From contig CM119265.1 of the NCBI GenBank assembly GCA_051294375.1, forward strand, positions 21,266,278-21,330,277: a stretch of 64,000 bases of DNA, written 5' to 3'. The DNA comes from Paraspadella gotoi (lineage: Eukaryota; Animalia; Chaetognatha). The translations under genes and the position numbers were made by a program. Positions 61,458-64,000 of the stretch are shown in pieces (the first letter of the stretch is position 1; the number at the start of each line of letters is the position of its first letter). The notes beneath the pieces were generated by a model. The model made no database searches and was not told where the DNA came from. It worked only from the letters and a program-made list of their open reading frames with translations.

Positions 61458-62202
61458 GCCTTATGGAGATCAGATGTGGATCCTTTCTGAGGGTTGCTCT
61501 CTTCTAATGTTGTGAAATCTTGAGGATGAGATTCACCAGAGAGAGAGAGAGAGAGAGAGAGATGGGGGAGAGAATCAGTTTATTGACTTTTTCAGAATTG
61601 TGGGGAGGAGGAGAAAGACGCGTGGGCGGGGTGAGGGAAAAAGAGACTGAGACACAGAGAAAAAAAGAGAGATAGAGAGAGAGACAGAGGGTTAAGAAGA
61701 CGAAAAAAAAAACTGGACGGGGCGTGATTCTAATTCGCTGCAGCCAGATGAGTGTCAGTGAAGATCATCAAACGATTCACAGTGAAATGCCGATCTTTCA
61801 AACTCTTCATTCTCTAATTAAGATAAGTATTTTTAAAACGAAATTTGTCTAAACTTGTAAAAGAACTAAAAATAAAGTAAATAGGCTCAGATTACTTAAA
61901 TTCTTACATTGCAATAGAATTTAAACAGTTGTATTTGAGTTTTTGAATCATTATCTACTGTGATAGCATCGACTTTTTACAACTCGTCAAATCATTGTGG
62001 GGCGGGCGAAAACGATCAAAATTAAAGGGGGTGTGAAGATTCCGCTCATCTGTTCTGGAGTCGCCTTTTTTATTCAAAACAAAATAAACACTTCCCGAAG
62101 ACGAGATTAAATCAACTCTATCTGCTCAACTTTACTGGCTACAACGTGGACGACGACGACGACGAAGAAGAAGAAGAGAGGCTAATAAATATGGGGAGAG
62201 AG

Positions 62203-62280
<78 letters not shown>

Positions 62281-62408
62281 GAGAGAGAGAGAGGGGGGGG
62301 ATGAGGCGTTCGAAGGTGAAGAGAAGCTTAAATCCCGATAAACAGATACTTCGCGATTTGATTTCTCGCTTTCATTCACTAAATTCCCACTTGATGAGTC
62401 TCTCTCAT

Positions 62409-62526
<118 letters not shown>

Positions 62527-63703
62527 CTTCGTGAACGGAGAAAAAGTCACGCGAAAAGAAGTGAGTTAATTGGATGAAAGTCTAAAAAATTTATTTATTT
62601 AGTTTCGCTTGGCCAGAGATAAACTGGTTTTTCCGGCGCGCAAAAAGAGGCAGATTTACCCCTGGGGTCTCGTTTCGCCGCTCGGCGGTCCTATATATCC
62701 TCTTCTATCTCTTACGGAGGTCCTTCGCTGTCTCATCGGGAGGTACTTCTGTCCTTTGGTGGTCCCTCTTTCTGTCTTTGACTGGCGGACCCGTTTTTGT
62801 CGGGAGTCGTCGGCCTTTTGAAGTCAAAACGACCGCAAATATTCCACTTGTCGCGCGGTAGTAGTTTTTTTTTCTTTTTTGATGTAACGAGGCTTTGATT
62901 TAGAAAGGTGGTCGCGTTTGAGCTTCCTGAAAAAGTGCCACGATGGTTACCTGTGAAACTAAGACTAATTTATAAATTTCATCCCTGCTGCTGTAACGTA
63001 AGACAAAGAGTGGATGAGTAGAGATAAGATGTTCTCACAACTATCACGCTTAAGCGTCCCAGAAACCCAGCGTAATTCGTCCAGGACCGTCAGGGATTAG
63101 GGAACGGAAATTGGTCGCTATCGAAAAAAAGTGCCCGAATTGGATCGTCGACGAAATTGAGATCGAATTCGCCGAAGTCGCGACGATCGATCGATCGATC
63201 GATCGATCGAGACGAGAATTTCTTTATCTTCGCCATTTTTGAATCACTAATGCAAAACCGATGTCTTCGCCTCTCGATTCGAGGACCAGCGCCTTTTCAT
63301 GATTCCGTATCTTATCTCTCTCTACTCTCTCTCTCTCTCTACTCTCTCTTCTCTCTCTCTCTCTGTCAAAAATTAAAAGGTTTTAAAGTTCCGGTAAAAA
63401 AAATAAAGCTGCTCTATGTAACATTTCCTTTTTTTTTTATTTAAAATAATTTAAAATAATTTTAATCCCGTACATACGTACATAAAAAATATTCTACAAT
63501 GATAGATATTTCCCTCAGTCATCTGTCGCAACGTCGTCTGCCACACCTACTAAATAATCTTCGTACTTTTTTTATACTAATGGGTTTTTGTTTGCTCTGA
63601 TCTAGAGACAAGAAGCTACGGTGAAGATCTGCCTTTGAAAAAGTCCTTTGAGTGTCACTCAGATAAGATTTTTGCTTGAGAGAGAGAGAGAGAGAGAGAG
63701 AGA

Positions 63704-63754
<51 letters not shown>

Positions 63755-63842
63755 AGAGATTTGATAAAAAGGAAATAAACCGCTCGAACGTCTCGCTATC
63801 GGATTTTTTTTTCGCATTTCCCTGTCATCGACTTTCTTCTCT

Positions 63843-63920
<78 letters not shown>

Positions 63921-64000
63921 GTCCCTCTCCGAACAGCTAATTGTTCGATGAATCGACGAAGCCATCCTATAATACCATTAATTAGAAAGCTAATCTTCAA

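Overview
Eukaryotic DNA from an invertebrate animal, most likely a bilaterian, in a draft long-read-patched assembly. It is AT-rich and full of (AG/CT)n, (GAC)n, (AAAG)n and (GATA)n microsatellites, with nine N-gaps. The only well-supported gene is a spliced + strand Prdm3/16 (MECOM/EVI1-PRDM16-hamlet-egl-43 family) C2H2 zinc-finger transcription factor. By hand I can join exons 31636-31918, 44337-44407, 44533-44742, ~44864-45087, 46418-48614, 48752-49020, 49335-49629 and 49838-50268, giving about 1323 aa from the ATG at 31644. One acceptor is uncertain. The visible protein has only EVI1 fingers 4-7 and 8-10, no PR/SET domain, and up to four CtBP-type motifs. About 15.1-41.8 kb consists of four overlapping copies of one ~8.8 kb segment, which triplicates the first coding exon. 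Indel-type differences, 25-N gaps and one reused identical block point to an assembly artefact rather than biology. Other items: candidate upstream non-coding exons and promoters, a candidate poison exon, a candidate autoregulatory EVI1 site, and an interstitial TTAGGG-type array. Nearly all ORFs in the supplied track are microsatellite artefacts. I found no convincing wholly new biological system; the best leads concern the structure and regulation of this Prdm3/16 gene.
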